Origin: an uncultured Collinsella sp.
GTDB lineage: Bacteria; Actinomycetota; Coriobacteriia; Coriobacteriales; Coriobacteriaceae
Direction: 5' to 3'
Length of the DNA stretch: 64,000 nucleotides
Assembly (NCBI GenBank): GCA_958439425.1
Contig: CAUBVH010000009.1
Location: 8,770-72,769, forward strand
Below are positions 31,955 through 41,125 of the stretch, piece by piece; the first letter of the stretch is position 1; the number at the start of each line of letters is the position of its first letter. A program made the translations under genes and the position numbers. The notes under the pieces were generated by a model, which ran no database searches, was not told where the DNA came from, and was given only the letters and a program-made list of their open reading frames with translations.

Positions 31955-32788
31955 TTACTTTCTGTCGCCCCGGCTGTCGTTGACGACATCGCCATAGGAG
32001 AGAATTCGATCGCGTAGGCTTGAATCAATTTCAATAACGTTTGTTTCGACCCATCTTCTGAATCCCTGAAAGTCGGTGTAACTCTTTTCTTTCGCTGTAT
32101 ATTTTGGATAGTTTCGCCAATAAAGTTCGAATGCATCGTTCCCCATCTTTGAAAAAGGCCCTGAACCCTGAGTGAATGGGCTGATTGAATTCGAGGAAAT
32201 AGTTCCGATATTTTCGGTATTGCCGCTACCGGTGGTGAAGTCTGAAATGCGGTATTTCTCTTGAATAAAGAATTCAACATTGCTGTAGGGTTCGGGTATT
32301 TCTTTTAATTGGTTAAGGGGGTAGCAGGGACGTGCGCTCTCTATTTCGTCGTTTCGGTCGTAGACGAATCCGATTACGTAGTGTTTGCAGAACTGATTAT
32401 AGGGATAGAGGATGTTCTTCCTCCCATCGCGCAGAAAAGATGCATATGATCCAAGTGTAAATTTATATGGAGCAATGCCTCCTCTCTTTAGGTGCTTTCG
32501 ATAAGTTGATTTGACATCGACAGCAATTCGATTCCCCTCTTCGTTTTGAGGGGTTAGTACAAAGTCCGGATAGTAGTTTTGTTTGTCTGGGGTCGTTAGC
32601 GTAAACCCGAAGTCGTCGGCAATCTCCTTGAGCAACGGCTCGGTAAGCATCTCGAAAATTCTTCCGAGCAGTTTCGTGTCATATCCGATTGGATAGATGG
32701 TTTCGTCGCGAAAAGCAAATCCCTTAGCAACCCAATCGACATTATGCTCGGCTACAGTTTTATTGAATTCGCTAATTAAATCAAACAT
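31955..32788 (-). CDS. Type II restriction endonuclease, EcoRV family
   Basis: DTKLLG.IFE, QNYYPDF, IAVDVKSTY, FTLGSY.SF.R, GSGNT.NIG and YWRNY match recalled EcoRV motifs. Confidence 0.88.
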   Translation of the reverse strand: MFDLISEFNKTVAEHNVDWVAKGFAFRDETIYPIGYDTKLLGRIFEMLTEPLLKEIADDFGFTLTTPDKQNYYPDFVLTPQNEEGNRIAVDVKSTYRKHLKRGGIAPYKFTLGSYASFLRDGRKNILYPYNQFCKHYVIGFVYDRNDEIESARPCYPLNQLKEIPEPYSNVEFFIQEKYRISDFTTGSGNTENIGTISSNSISPFTQGSGPFSKMGNDAFELYWRNYPKYTAKEKSYTDFQGFRRWVETNVIEIDSSLRDRILSYGDVVNDSRGDRK

Positions 32789-33105
32789 TGTTGTCTCTAT
32801 TTCAATCGATGCCTGCAGAGAAATATCGATGGGTCGGTTTGCGTTGATTGTAGCTCGCCAATGAATAAAAACAAGGATGCATTCGGTCGCCTTCGGCTCT
32901 GCTCGAGGTTGCCAATCAAGGTGATTCAAGTTTGCTGCGAGTGCGCCCTAACAGTCATTACGTCGTATACGAGTTGTGCTAATCTATTTGTGAACGGCGG
33001 AGCCCTTTATGGATGGCTTCGCCGTTCACCGTTAAATAGCGGCACTTTCAATCTCTTGGTCATATCGACTGAGTAAAATGTTGATTGTTCAGATTGGAGG
33101 CGGCT

Positions 33106-34290
33106 ATGGTTCAACCGAAAATCCAGGGAAATCACCGAGCATATCCAAAGGAGCTGGCGATATATGTCGAGCGTATCCTATTGGAGGAAACTGATGCTGG
33201 GCTTGGCAAAGGGTTGAGCGTTTCTGACATAATGGCGGAGCTTAAAGCCCGTTATGGCTATGAAGTTAAGCGCGACACAGTGCAGGGCGTATTGAACGCA
33301 CTTGTTGATTCTGGATCAAAAAAGCCTTCGCTCTGCAATAATGCGGGCGCCAGTCCGTTAACCGAGATGAATAGTATCGATCTCGACAACAGTTGTCTGA
33401 ATCCGTTCTACACGGTGATTGCAAGTCGATTGGCTTGTAAGGGCGAGCGGCTGACGAATGGCGATGGGGAATCTGCACCTAAAAATGCGAAGCGCCTGTA
33501 CAGCATAGAGCGTCAAATTGATAGTGCGCAAATTGAGCATCTGTGCCGTCTCATTGAAGCCTCTACGGGCGTGGGTGGAGCCGACGTACTTGAGCATGCA
33601 GTTCTTCGCCTACTGTGCGGCGAAGAAAGACGGCAGATCGAAGATCGTTTGGCTCAAGAAAATGCTCTGCTCAAAAGCGGCAGAATTGCAAATATGGAAG
33701 CAACGCTTGCAAATTTGAAGTTATTGGAAAAGGCCATTAGCCAAAGGCAGAGAGTCCGCTTTCGAACTTCTGATAAGGGGCGATTGCATAGTCATACGCC
33801 ATATCATCTATGTATGCACGATGGCTACTACTACCTGTTTGTGGGCCACAAGGGTGCCGCGAGGTCTTTTGACGCAATTCGAGTTGATAGCCTGCGGGAT
33901 ATAACCATTGCTGGACCATCGGACGATGCAAAAGGTCATTTTGAGGCGATGGCCGAAGAAGCAAAAAGGTTCTCTTGTGCTGGCGTGAACAGGATGTTTA
34001 GTGACGACATCGTTACGGTTCACGTAAGGTGTCATAACCAAGCAAAGGAGAAGTATCTTTTAGCCGAATTTGCCGGAAATGATGGGTTTCGGCGCGAGAC
34101 ACAGGACGGGCATCCAAATCCAGAGTATTCGTTTATGGCGTCGTATGATGGCATGAAAACATGGGCAATGAAGTGGCTCGATGTGTTTGAGATACTTCAA
34201 CCAAAGAAATTGCGCGATGACGTTGTGGACATTATTGGACATAAATGTATCTATGTGAGTGCGAGGACTGATTCAAATGACCCCTGCTGA
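33106..34290 (+). CDS. WYL-domain transcriptional regulator
   Basis: N-terminal wHTH-like segment; TPYHL...GYYYL..IRVD WYL pattern; WCX-like tail EILQPKKLR. Confidence 0.75.
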   Translation: MVQPKIQGNHRAYPKELAIYVERILLEETDAGLGKGLSVSDIMAELKARYGYEVKRDTVQGVLNALVDSGSKKPSLCNNAGASPLTEMNSIDLDNSCLNPFYTVIASRLACKGERLTNGDGESAPKNAKRLYSIERQIDSAQIEHLCRLIEASTGVGGADVLEHAVLRLLCGEERRQIEDRLAQENALLKSGRIANMEATLANLKLLEKAISQRQRVRFRTSDKGRLHSHTPYHLCMHDGYYYLFVGHKGAARSFDAIRVDSLRDITIAGPSDDAKGHFEAMAEEAKRFSCAGVNRMFSDDIVTVHVRCHNQAKEKYLLAEFAGNDGFRRETQDGHPNPEYSFMASYDGMKTWAMKWLDVFEILQPKKLRDDVVDIIGHKCIYVSARTDSNDPC

Positions 34291-37200
34291 GAAAAAGCAA
34301 GCAATTGGCGATGCGTTAGATTACTGGTATTTGCTTGATTTTTTGAGCCAAGGCGACCAACCCGAAGAGAAAAAGGACCCGCCTAGGCCCAGAAAAGGAA
34401 TGCTTGATGACTGCTTTGTCCCTGAAGAGCGGGACGACCAGGAGCTAAGGACGCCTTCTGAAGAAGCGAGAGAGCGTACGGATAGTGTCACAAACGGCGA
34501 AAACTGGCCGATCTCAACGATTTATTGTCACCTGGGCTCCGTTCCACGCGAAGCGGTCATGACTTATCTTGCAGAAAAACCGGGGAATGAAATCGAAAAA
34601 GAGGATGAGTGCATGACGGTTGCACTATTAGGTGTGAGTCCTGATGGTCAATTTGTCAGCTTCGAGTTGTCCTCCTTATTTTGGTGGTTGAAGAGGAACG
34701 TCGGGAATAGCCTAAATGCCATCGGTAGCTTTGAGAAAGAGCAGGACGATATTTGCAAGAAGCTCAATCAAGAACTCGTTGGAACAAAGCTGACATATGG
34801 TGTCATTAGGGGCATTGTCAATAGTTGCGTCCGGCCAATGATTAAGGGGATAGCCAGCTGCCTTCCCGACGGTGACGGGGCTAAACGTATCAGCGAGTGG
34901 TGTTCAAGGCTGCTTGTCGAATATAGAGCAATGAAGCCAAAGGACAGCGGGGACGATGCGTGTCCAACGTTCGACCAATCACTCTGTCACTCATTTTTCG
35001 CAAAAGACATTTCCATGATAAATGAGCTGTGCAACAAGTCAGGGTCTTTCGACGATCTTCGTGAGGGATCGCTGTCTCTTGTCGCCGCATACCTTGAAGG
35101 TGGCTTGAGGAATGAATCTGCCTGCGGAGAGATCGATCTTCTGGACGGCGAAGACGATGAAGATCTGGCTGATCGTGCAGACTTCTTTTCTGAAGTGTTG
35201 GGAGCCGGCGCTACACCTATCGGTCGCTGGCCGAGTAAATACTCCTTGAGTTTGATGCAACAAGTGGCGGTAAATCTCGCGGTTGGTCGTGGCGGTTCGA
35301 CACGCAAATACCCGGCAAACGACGTTATGTCGGTTAACGGTCCTCCGGGCACGGGAAAAACAACCCTGCTCAAGGATATCGTTGCGGCTAACGTTGTCGA
35401 AAAAGCCCGTCTGCTGTGCGAATATGACAAGCCCGATGACGCCTTCGAAGAGGTAGAACTTAGCAAACGGTATCTCAAGTACGCCAAGAATCCTTATCGC
35501 TTCAAAGAGGGCAGAACGGGAGATGCGATAAAAAGTCTCAGCATCTTGGTCTGCTCGACAAACAATGCAGCAGTTGAGAACATCGCCAAAGAGCTTCCTG
35601 ATGGGAAGGCCTTTTTGGAGGGTATTGACGAATCTGAGAAAAAGGAGTTTCTAGAGTCAGATTTGTCCAACATTGTTTGGGGAAAGAAAAACGAGCAGAA
35701 ACCGGTGGATGATCTCTATTTCTCTTCGGCGCTCGTTGACAATAAAGGCAATCTTCGCGACCCTACGCATCCTGGGCTTATGGTTGCGGCATGTCTGGGA
35801 AACCGTAGGAATATTAATAACTTCAGAGATTGCGAGCTTTCTTCGCTGCAGTTTAACGGCGGGCTGGGAAAGGGCGGACGGTTTTCTGAGGCGAAGAAGC
35901 TGTTTCTTGCTCAATACAAAAAGATAACCGATCGATTTAACAGAATGGAGGAGCAAGCAGCCGGGGAGCGCGAACTTCTGAACCGCAAGAAGCATTTGTC
36001 CCAATTGAATTGTAGGTGTCAAAAGGACGAGCGAGAGATAGTTGAAGAACTGACAACCGAAACGGTATGTCTGTCTCGTCCTTTTGAAGGCAGTTCCGCA
36101 GGTGATGTCCGGAAATATCTTGATGACATTGCGAAGGATACTGCTGATTATGAGGCGAGAAGGAATAGGCTTGAAGCAGAATTGCGCGATGCGGAAGAAA
36201 AGGCCAGTGGGCTGATCGGGAGCATCTTCAATAGGGGCCGTTTGTCCGATAGCCGCGAGAAGCTCGATTCCTTTATGCTGCAAACCGCACCGGACCAGAG
36301 GCTTGTTGCGCTGCGTACGAAATTCGAGAACAAATACGAAAAACTAGAGAATGAAAAGAAGGAACTATCCTCTTTGTGGGTGAAGATCCAAGGTCAAAAG
36401 CGCAACAGAGTTGATGGTGCTGAATCTGTTGAGACGATTAATGGGCATTTTGTCGAGTGCATCTCAAAGGGGGATAGCGAAAGCCGAAAAAAGACTCATC
36501 TATATAATCCATCCGATGACCCTGACCTAAAAAAGGACCGCAACCTGCTATTTCTCTATGCATTGCAGGTGACACGCGAGTTCATCCTTGAATCAAAATG
36601 TATGCGGAATAACATTGCGCTTCTACGAACATACTGGGGAGCCAAAGACAAGGGCGTCGATTCTGGTAAAAAGGAGTTAATAGAGTTCACGCAAGCCGAT
36701 AGAAGGAGTATGGCCCCTGCGCTCTTTCAGACGCTCAGTTTGCTTACCCCAGTGATTTCTTCCACGTTTGCGTCGATTGGCCGCATGTTTGAGGACATTC
36801 AGATTGGGAAAGACCCTTTATTTGGCCTGCTGATAATAGATGAGGCGGGACAGGCGGTGCCGTATGCTGCTTTGGGCGCCCTTGCTCGCAGTCGACGTGC
36901 AATGATTGTCGGTGACCCCTCTCAGATTGAGCCTGTGATCACAGGGGATGTTAAGGAGCTCCGCGCTGTCCTCGGTAAAAAAGTATTACTACCTTATAAG
37001 GGGGATATGGCTTCGGTCCAGCGACTTGCCGACGCCGTTAACCCCTATGGCCACCTGCGCAGCAACGGCGAGGATGATCAATGGATTGGCTGCCCGCTTG
37101 TGGTTCACCGTCGCTGCATATCACCCATGTTCGATATTTCAAATGAGATCTCGTATCAGGGCTCCATGCTTAACGAGACGGCTAGCCCAAAAAAGGATCT

Positions 37201-38902
37201 CGCTGACAGCTTTTATCTAAAGTCCTCACAGTGGATCAATGTTACGGGATTTGAACGTGGCAATCGCGATCATTATGTTGATGCCCAGGGCGATAGAGTG
37301 TTCGAGATTGTCAAGGACGCTTTTGATAAGGCCGTAGCTACGGCTGAGAAAAAAGCTTGCGAATCGGGCAAGTCCGAGGGAATTGTTATTCCAAGTCTCT
37401 ATATTATTTCTCCGTTTAAAACCGTTGTCAGGGGGCTTCAGGACCGGCTGTTAAGTGCTAGGACTGAAGTGGCTGACAAAGATGCATGGCAATATTTCGC
37501 AAAGCATAATATTGGTACGGTTCATACGTTCCAAGGTAAAGAAGCCCATCAAGTGGTATTTGTCTTGGGGTGTGATACAAGGCGCAGTTGTGAGGGCGCA
37601 ATCAAGTTTGTAAACCCAAATATCGTGAATGTTGCGGCAAGCCGAGCCAAGTATCGCCTCTACGTAATTGCCGACTATGCAGCGTGGAAGATTAACGAGA
37701 ACGTTGCAACGATGAAGCGCATTCTCGATACGGCATGGGTTGTGCATTGGGAAAATTACCAGAAAACCGGCGCTATTGAGGAACTCAATGCAGCCAAGGA
37801 TATGCTGCCGCGAGGAGAATCTCTTCCAAGGGAGACAGCTGGCGCGGACGAGGAACATATCAATGAAGACGACAAGAAAGATGACAATAAAGATGTTTGG
37901 TGCCCTGATGTAAACACCGATTCCTATTTGGACAACGTGGGCGAAGCGTTCAAAAGCTTTAATCTGGATGCAGAAGACTGTCGAATCATAGGCTTTTCTT
38001 CGCGCGAAGCTCTTCAAAGCGCATTCGCTGATTGCGAGTGCGACCAAAATGGCAAAAATAGGGTGCTTGAGAATATCGAGCAGGGGCTTCTTCTGTGCAA
38101 GATATTTGGCATTGGCAGTGTTGGCACCGATAGCGATTCAGATTGCGCATTTTGCCTGCTAATGTTCTGCCGTGCGGCGGAGAGATACTTGCGTTTGAAA
38201 TTGCTGCCGACCTTGAAGGCCATTGCTCCCGATTATGTTGTTGCAAGAAAGCCACTCAAGGAGCTTGAGGGCCTTAACCTCGGTCAATACAAAAGGTTAA
38301 TTGAAAAAAAGAGTGAGCTACTGGCATCCTCTGTTCGAGTTGAAAATGCTGAATTGACGCAGGCGTCAAAGGGGGACTGGTGGAGGACACTCGGCGAAAC
38401 ACTGGGTCGATTTACTGAATTTCGTAATAGCGCCTGTCACACCGACCGAAAAGAGATGGTTAGCGCGGGCGAGGTCTGGCTGGCGCTTCGATGCCTTTTC
38501 GTTGCTTTTCAGCTTGATGAATCTGGTCATAAGAGTGTGGAAATCATGCGAGAGGGTATTGCTTACGAAGCGGCTTTTGCGGGGGCCGAGCGTTTGCCGG
38601 TCTGTTACTCAATGGATCAGGCAAGCGCTAAGGGCTATGCCTCGATTTCGAAAATACTGAGAGAGGGTGGCTCAGGGATTAGGGCTGAAGATGCCAACAC
38701 TATTCTGATGGAACAAGGGTATCTGCGACTTTTCGATGAAGGCGAAGAGAGCGTACAACAATGCAAAGTTCCGTCCGCTAAAGGCTTGGGGCTGGGCGCA
38801 GTCTTTGTGTGCGGAGAAAAGAACGGCGACGTATTCTACTACGCGCAGTATCCCCTGGCGAAAGCCAAAGAGATATGCGACCTATTTGAATCTAAGTCGT
38901 AA
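34277..38902 (+). CDS. Large SF1 (DNA2/NAM7-like) helicase with a coiled-coil insert and C-terminal HEPN-like and wHTH-like domains
   Basis: NGPPGTGKT, STNNAAVENI, IIDEAGQ, VGDPSQ, HRRC, GTVHTFQGKE, NVAASRAK; RNSACH near 38423. Confidence 0.85.
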   Translation: MTPAEKKQAIGDALDYWYLLDFLSQGDQPEEKKDPPRPRKGMLDDCFVPEERDDQELRTPSEEARERTDSVTNGENWPISTIYCHLGSVPREAVMTYLAEKPGNEIEKEDECMTVALLGVSPDGQFVSFELSSLFWWLKRNVGNSLNAIGSFEKEQDDICKKLNQELVGTKLTYGVIRGIVNSCVRPMIKGIASCLPDGDGAKRISEWCSRLLVEYRAMKPKDSGDDACPTFDQSLCHSFFAKDISMINELCNKSGSFDDLREGSLSLVAAYLEGGLRNESACGEIDLLDGEDDEDLADRADFFSEVLGAGATPIGRWPSKYSLSLMQQVAVNLAVGRGGSTRKYPANDVMSVNGPPGTGKTTLLKDIVAANVVEKARLLCEYDKPDDAFEEVELSKRYLKYAKNPYRFKEGRTGDAIKSLSILVCSTNNAAVENIAKELPDGKAFLEGIDESEKKEFLESDLSNIVWGKKNEQKPVDDLYFSSALVDNKGNLRDPTHPGLMVAACLGNRRNINNFRDCELSSLQFNGGLGKGGRFSEAKKLFLAQYKKITDRFNRMEEQAAGERELLNRKKHLSQLNCRCQKDEREIVEELTTETVCLSRPFEGSSAGDVRKYLDDIAKDTADYEARRNRLEAELRDAEEKASGLIGSIFNRGRLSDSREKLDSFMLQTAPDQRLVALRTKFENKYEKLENEKKELSSLWVKIQGQKRNRVDGAESVETINGHFVECISKGDSESRKKTHLYNPSDDPDLKKDRNLLFLYALQVTREFILESKCMRNNIALLRTYWGAKDKGVDSGKKELIEFTQADRRSMAPALFQTLSLLTPVISSTFASIGRMFEDIQIGKDPLFGLLIIDEAGQAVPYAALGALARSRRAMIVGDPSQIEPVITGDVKELRAVLGKKVLLPYKGDMASVQRLADAVNPYGHLRSNGEDDQWIGCPLVVHRRCISPMFDISNEISYQGSMLNETASPKKDLADSFYLKSSQWINVTGFERGNRDHYVDAQGDRVFEIVKDAFDKAVATAEKKACESGKSEGIVIPSLYIISPFKTVVRGLQDRLLSARTEVADKDAWQYFAKHNIGTVHTFQGKEAHQVVFVLGCDTRRSCEGAIKFVNPNIVNVAASRAKYRLYVIADYAAWKINENVATMKRILDTAWVVHWENYQKTGAIEELNAAKDMLPRGESLPRETAGADEEHINEDDKKDDNKDVWCPDVNTDSYLDNVGEAFKSFNLDAEDCRIIGFSSREALQSAFADCECDQNGKNRVLENIEQGLLLCKIFGIGSVGTDSDSDCAFCLLMFCRAAERYLRLKLLPTLKAIAPDYVVARKPLKELEGLNLGQYKRLIEKKSELLASSVRVENAELTQASKGDWWRTLGETLGRFTEFRNSACHTDRKEMVSAGEVWLALRCLFVAFQLDESGHKSVEIMREGIAYEAAFAGAERLPVCYSMDQASAKGYASISKILREGGSGIRAEDANTILMEQGYLRLFDEGEESVQQCKVPSAKGLGLGAVFVCGEKNGDVFYYAQYPLAKAKEICDLFESKS

Positions 38903-38934
38903 TTTGGCCCAAGGCTAAGTGCGCTTTATGGTTT

Positions 38935-38974
38935 AACCCGCAATCTACCGCTATATAGCGGTAGATTGCGGGTT
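38935..38974. repeat. Perfect 40-bp palindrome (terminator and/or operator)
   Basis: AACCCGCAATCTACCGCTAT|ATAGCGGTAGATTGCGGGTT, followed by GCTTTTT. Confidence 0.85.
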
Positions 38975-39032
38975 GCTTTTTATCTCTTTTCACTATTCTG
39001 CAGGTGTCAGTTGTTCGAAGGGAGATTCAAAG

Positions 39033-39338
39033 ATGCTTGAGTCCGATTGTATTTATATTTGCGACGAGTCGAGTGAGGCGGATCTCACGTGCACGCTTTT
39101 GCAGATGAGGCAGATAGTTGACGAGGCAATTGATCTTGCCTATGAGCTCGAGGACTCCTCTGTTGCTTACAAGGGAGTTGTTGACGGCTTGTTGGCCACG
39201 TGGGAGTCGTTGTGCTACCGCAATGCCGCTGTCCATGAGCTTATTCAATCTGTTCTGCTTGAGCGTAATGAGATCCTGCGATTTGATGAATTACAGATGC
39301 GTAATGATGAAGTACCCGAGCGGCCAATATGCCGATAG
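39033..39338 (+). CDS. Hypothetical acidic protein
   Basis: ORF with GGGAG RBS. Confidence 0.5.
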   Translation: MLESDCIYICDESSEADLTCTLLQMRQIVDEAIDLAYELEDSSVAYKGVVDGLLATWESLCYRNAAVHELIQSVLLERNEILRFDELQMRNDEVPERPICR

Positions 39339-39440
39339 CAACGTTTGTTTGTCTCTGAGGGCAACAGTCTTGTTCAATCCCTCGAAGACAGTGTTTTCTT
39401 ACATTAGCTTGCGAACGTAGCCTTCTTTGAAAGGAAGATC

Positions 39441-40265
39441 ATGAACACTTCTATCCAAATTTCGGCCAGCACCGTTGAAGCTTCACCCCGCACCGCCAAG
39501 GGCGAGGTCGTCAAGCTCGTGCAGGGCGCACCGCTTATTGTCGTTGCTGCGGTTGCCGTTGCCGGCATCGCCTCCGTCGCCGCTCCGTTTTGTGTTTGGA
39601 AGGGCGAGGTCGCGCTGTTTCTGAACGAGTCGTTCCACACCAACTGCTCAGTTTCTGCGATCGCGGAGTACGCGTCAGCGGCACCCGGGTCCGATTGGGC
39701 GTCGCTGCTCGTGGCCGTGCTCATCGCGGCCTACCCTGCCTACCATGCCGTCTGGCGCGTTCGCGAGGGGTTTGGGCTCAGCTGCAAAGCTCCGGTGTTC
39801 AGCAGGCGCGTGTCGCGCTCTCTTGCCGCGGTAAGCGCCTGCCTGCTGCTGGCGATGCTGTTCATGGGCTATGGAACGAGTTGGCTCATCAACGGCAGCG
39901 CGATGGGTGACCAGAACCTTGTTGAGTCGGGGCACAATGTATGGACCGTTTCCATCATGATCATGCTGGGCTGCGCCCTGATGTGCCTGTTCAAGTGGTT
40001 CCTTGCCAAGGGCCCTGGCCGTAATTTCGGCAGCGGCTTTGCCGTCGAGCTTGTCCGCCTTGCCGACGTCCTGCTGAAGCGCGCGAGCTCGAACCTGGTG
40101 TTGTGCTACGTGGCCGAGCTGCTTGCCTGCCTGCTGGCGCTGGCCTTCATTGCCGTGGCCTATGTCGTCGCGAGCGTGGCCATCGCGCTTGCGTTCGCGG
40201 CCGTAGCCTTGGTGGTGTGCCTTGCCGGGATTCCCATTATCCTTGCTGCCTCGTGGCGCAGGTAG
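39441..40265 (+). CDS. Hypothetical multi-pass membrane protein
   Basis: Five or six hydrophobic segments; AAGGAAG RBS. Confidence 0.65.
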   Translation: MNTSIQISASTVEASPRTAKGEVVKLVQGAPLIVVAAVAVAGIASVAAPFCVWKGEVALFLNESFHTNCSVSAIAEYASAAPGSDWASLLVAVLIAAYPAYHAVWRVREGFGLSCKAPVFSRRVSRSLAAVSACLLLAMLFMGYGTSWLINGSAMGDQNLVESGHNVWTVSIMIMLGCALMCLFKWFLAKGPGRNFGSGFAVELVRLADVLLKRASSNLVLCYVAELLACLLALAFIAVAYVVASVAIALAFAAVALVVCLAGIPIILAASWRR

Positions 40266-40277
40266 CGGGGCGATCAT

Positions 40278-40350
40278 GCGAGTTCTTATCGCAGCGTGAG
40301 AAGAACTTGCAGAAATCGCAAGTTCTTTTCACGCGATGAGAAAAACTTGC
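40278..40350. repeat. Two tandem 33-bp dyad sites (13-7-13) with a 40-bp period
   Basis: GCGAGTTCTTATC-GCAGCGT-GAGAAGAACTTGC and GCAAGTTCTTTTC-ACGCGAT-GAGAAAAACTTGC. Confidence 0.75.
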
Positions 40351-40436
40351 AGATTGGCGCGAGGACGACGTCCCTCCGCGCGAGCGCGGTTTCGATATTG
40401 GTCATTAATGTGTCCGAACGATTGATTGGAGACAAA

Positions 40437-41054
40437 ATGTATCCGGACTATGAGTGCAACAACTACCCCATGAGCGTTACGGATGAGGATGGTCCGTTCC
40501 TGATCATGGAGGCGGAGCTGTCTGGCGATGTCGAGCTCAATGATGAGTTTAAGAAAGACGCCAGCTATAGATATTCGTGTGCGACTGTTTCTGCGGCGAT
40601 TGATCTTTGCAAGTCAATGACGGACGGCGATGCCGATCCTTGGTATGAAAGTTGGGAGAAGGCGGTTGAGCGTTATCCGCTCGAGAAATGCGAGGATGCG
40701 ACAACGCTGTATTGGATTGAGCCGACCGATCCGCACAAGGCGCTGTGCGCCTTCCATCCCCATCCCGATCTTGAGCGGTACGTGGCTGAGGCAATTGGCG
40801 CCGTTGACACCTATCTGCTGGAGCGCGAGTACTGTCCCTTTGCGGTCAGCCACTTAGATCTAAAGGATGTTGACGTCCTGCTCAGCGCCGCTTGGGGATT
40901 GGCTCGAGTCCTTAAAGATATTTGGGGAACTTGCGACCCTGATGTTATGGAAAAGATTGAGGATGCTACGTACGGTGCGCATATAACGGTTAGGGACCTG
41001 ATCGCGGGCGAAGAGGCAGCCAAAGCCAGCGCAAAGTCCGATGACAATTTCTAG
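40437..41054 (+). CDS. Hypothetical acidic protein
   Basis: ORF with GGAG RBS. Confidence 0.6.
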   Translation: MYPDYECNNYPMSVTDEDGPFLIMEAELSGDVELNDEFKKDASYRYSCATVSAAIDLCKSMTDGDADPWYESWEKAVERYPLEKCEDATTLYWIEPTDPHKALCAFHPHPDLERYVAEAIGAVDTYLLEREYCPFAVSHLDLKDVDVLLSAAWGLARVLKDIWGTCDPDVMEKIEDATYGAHITVRDLIAGEEAAKASAKSDDNF

Positions 41055-41125
41055 CCGCCGCGCTGAATGGCGCGCCTGATTGACAAGCCGTCGGAAAAGT
41101 CCGGACAGTCTGCCAATCTCGGTCG

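Noticed and set aside
40278..40350. CRISPR array
   Set aside because: Only two units with a 7-bp gap, and no cas genes; no CRISPR array is seen anywhere in the window
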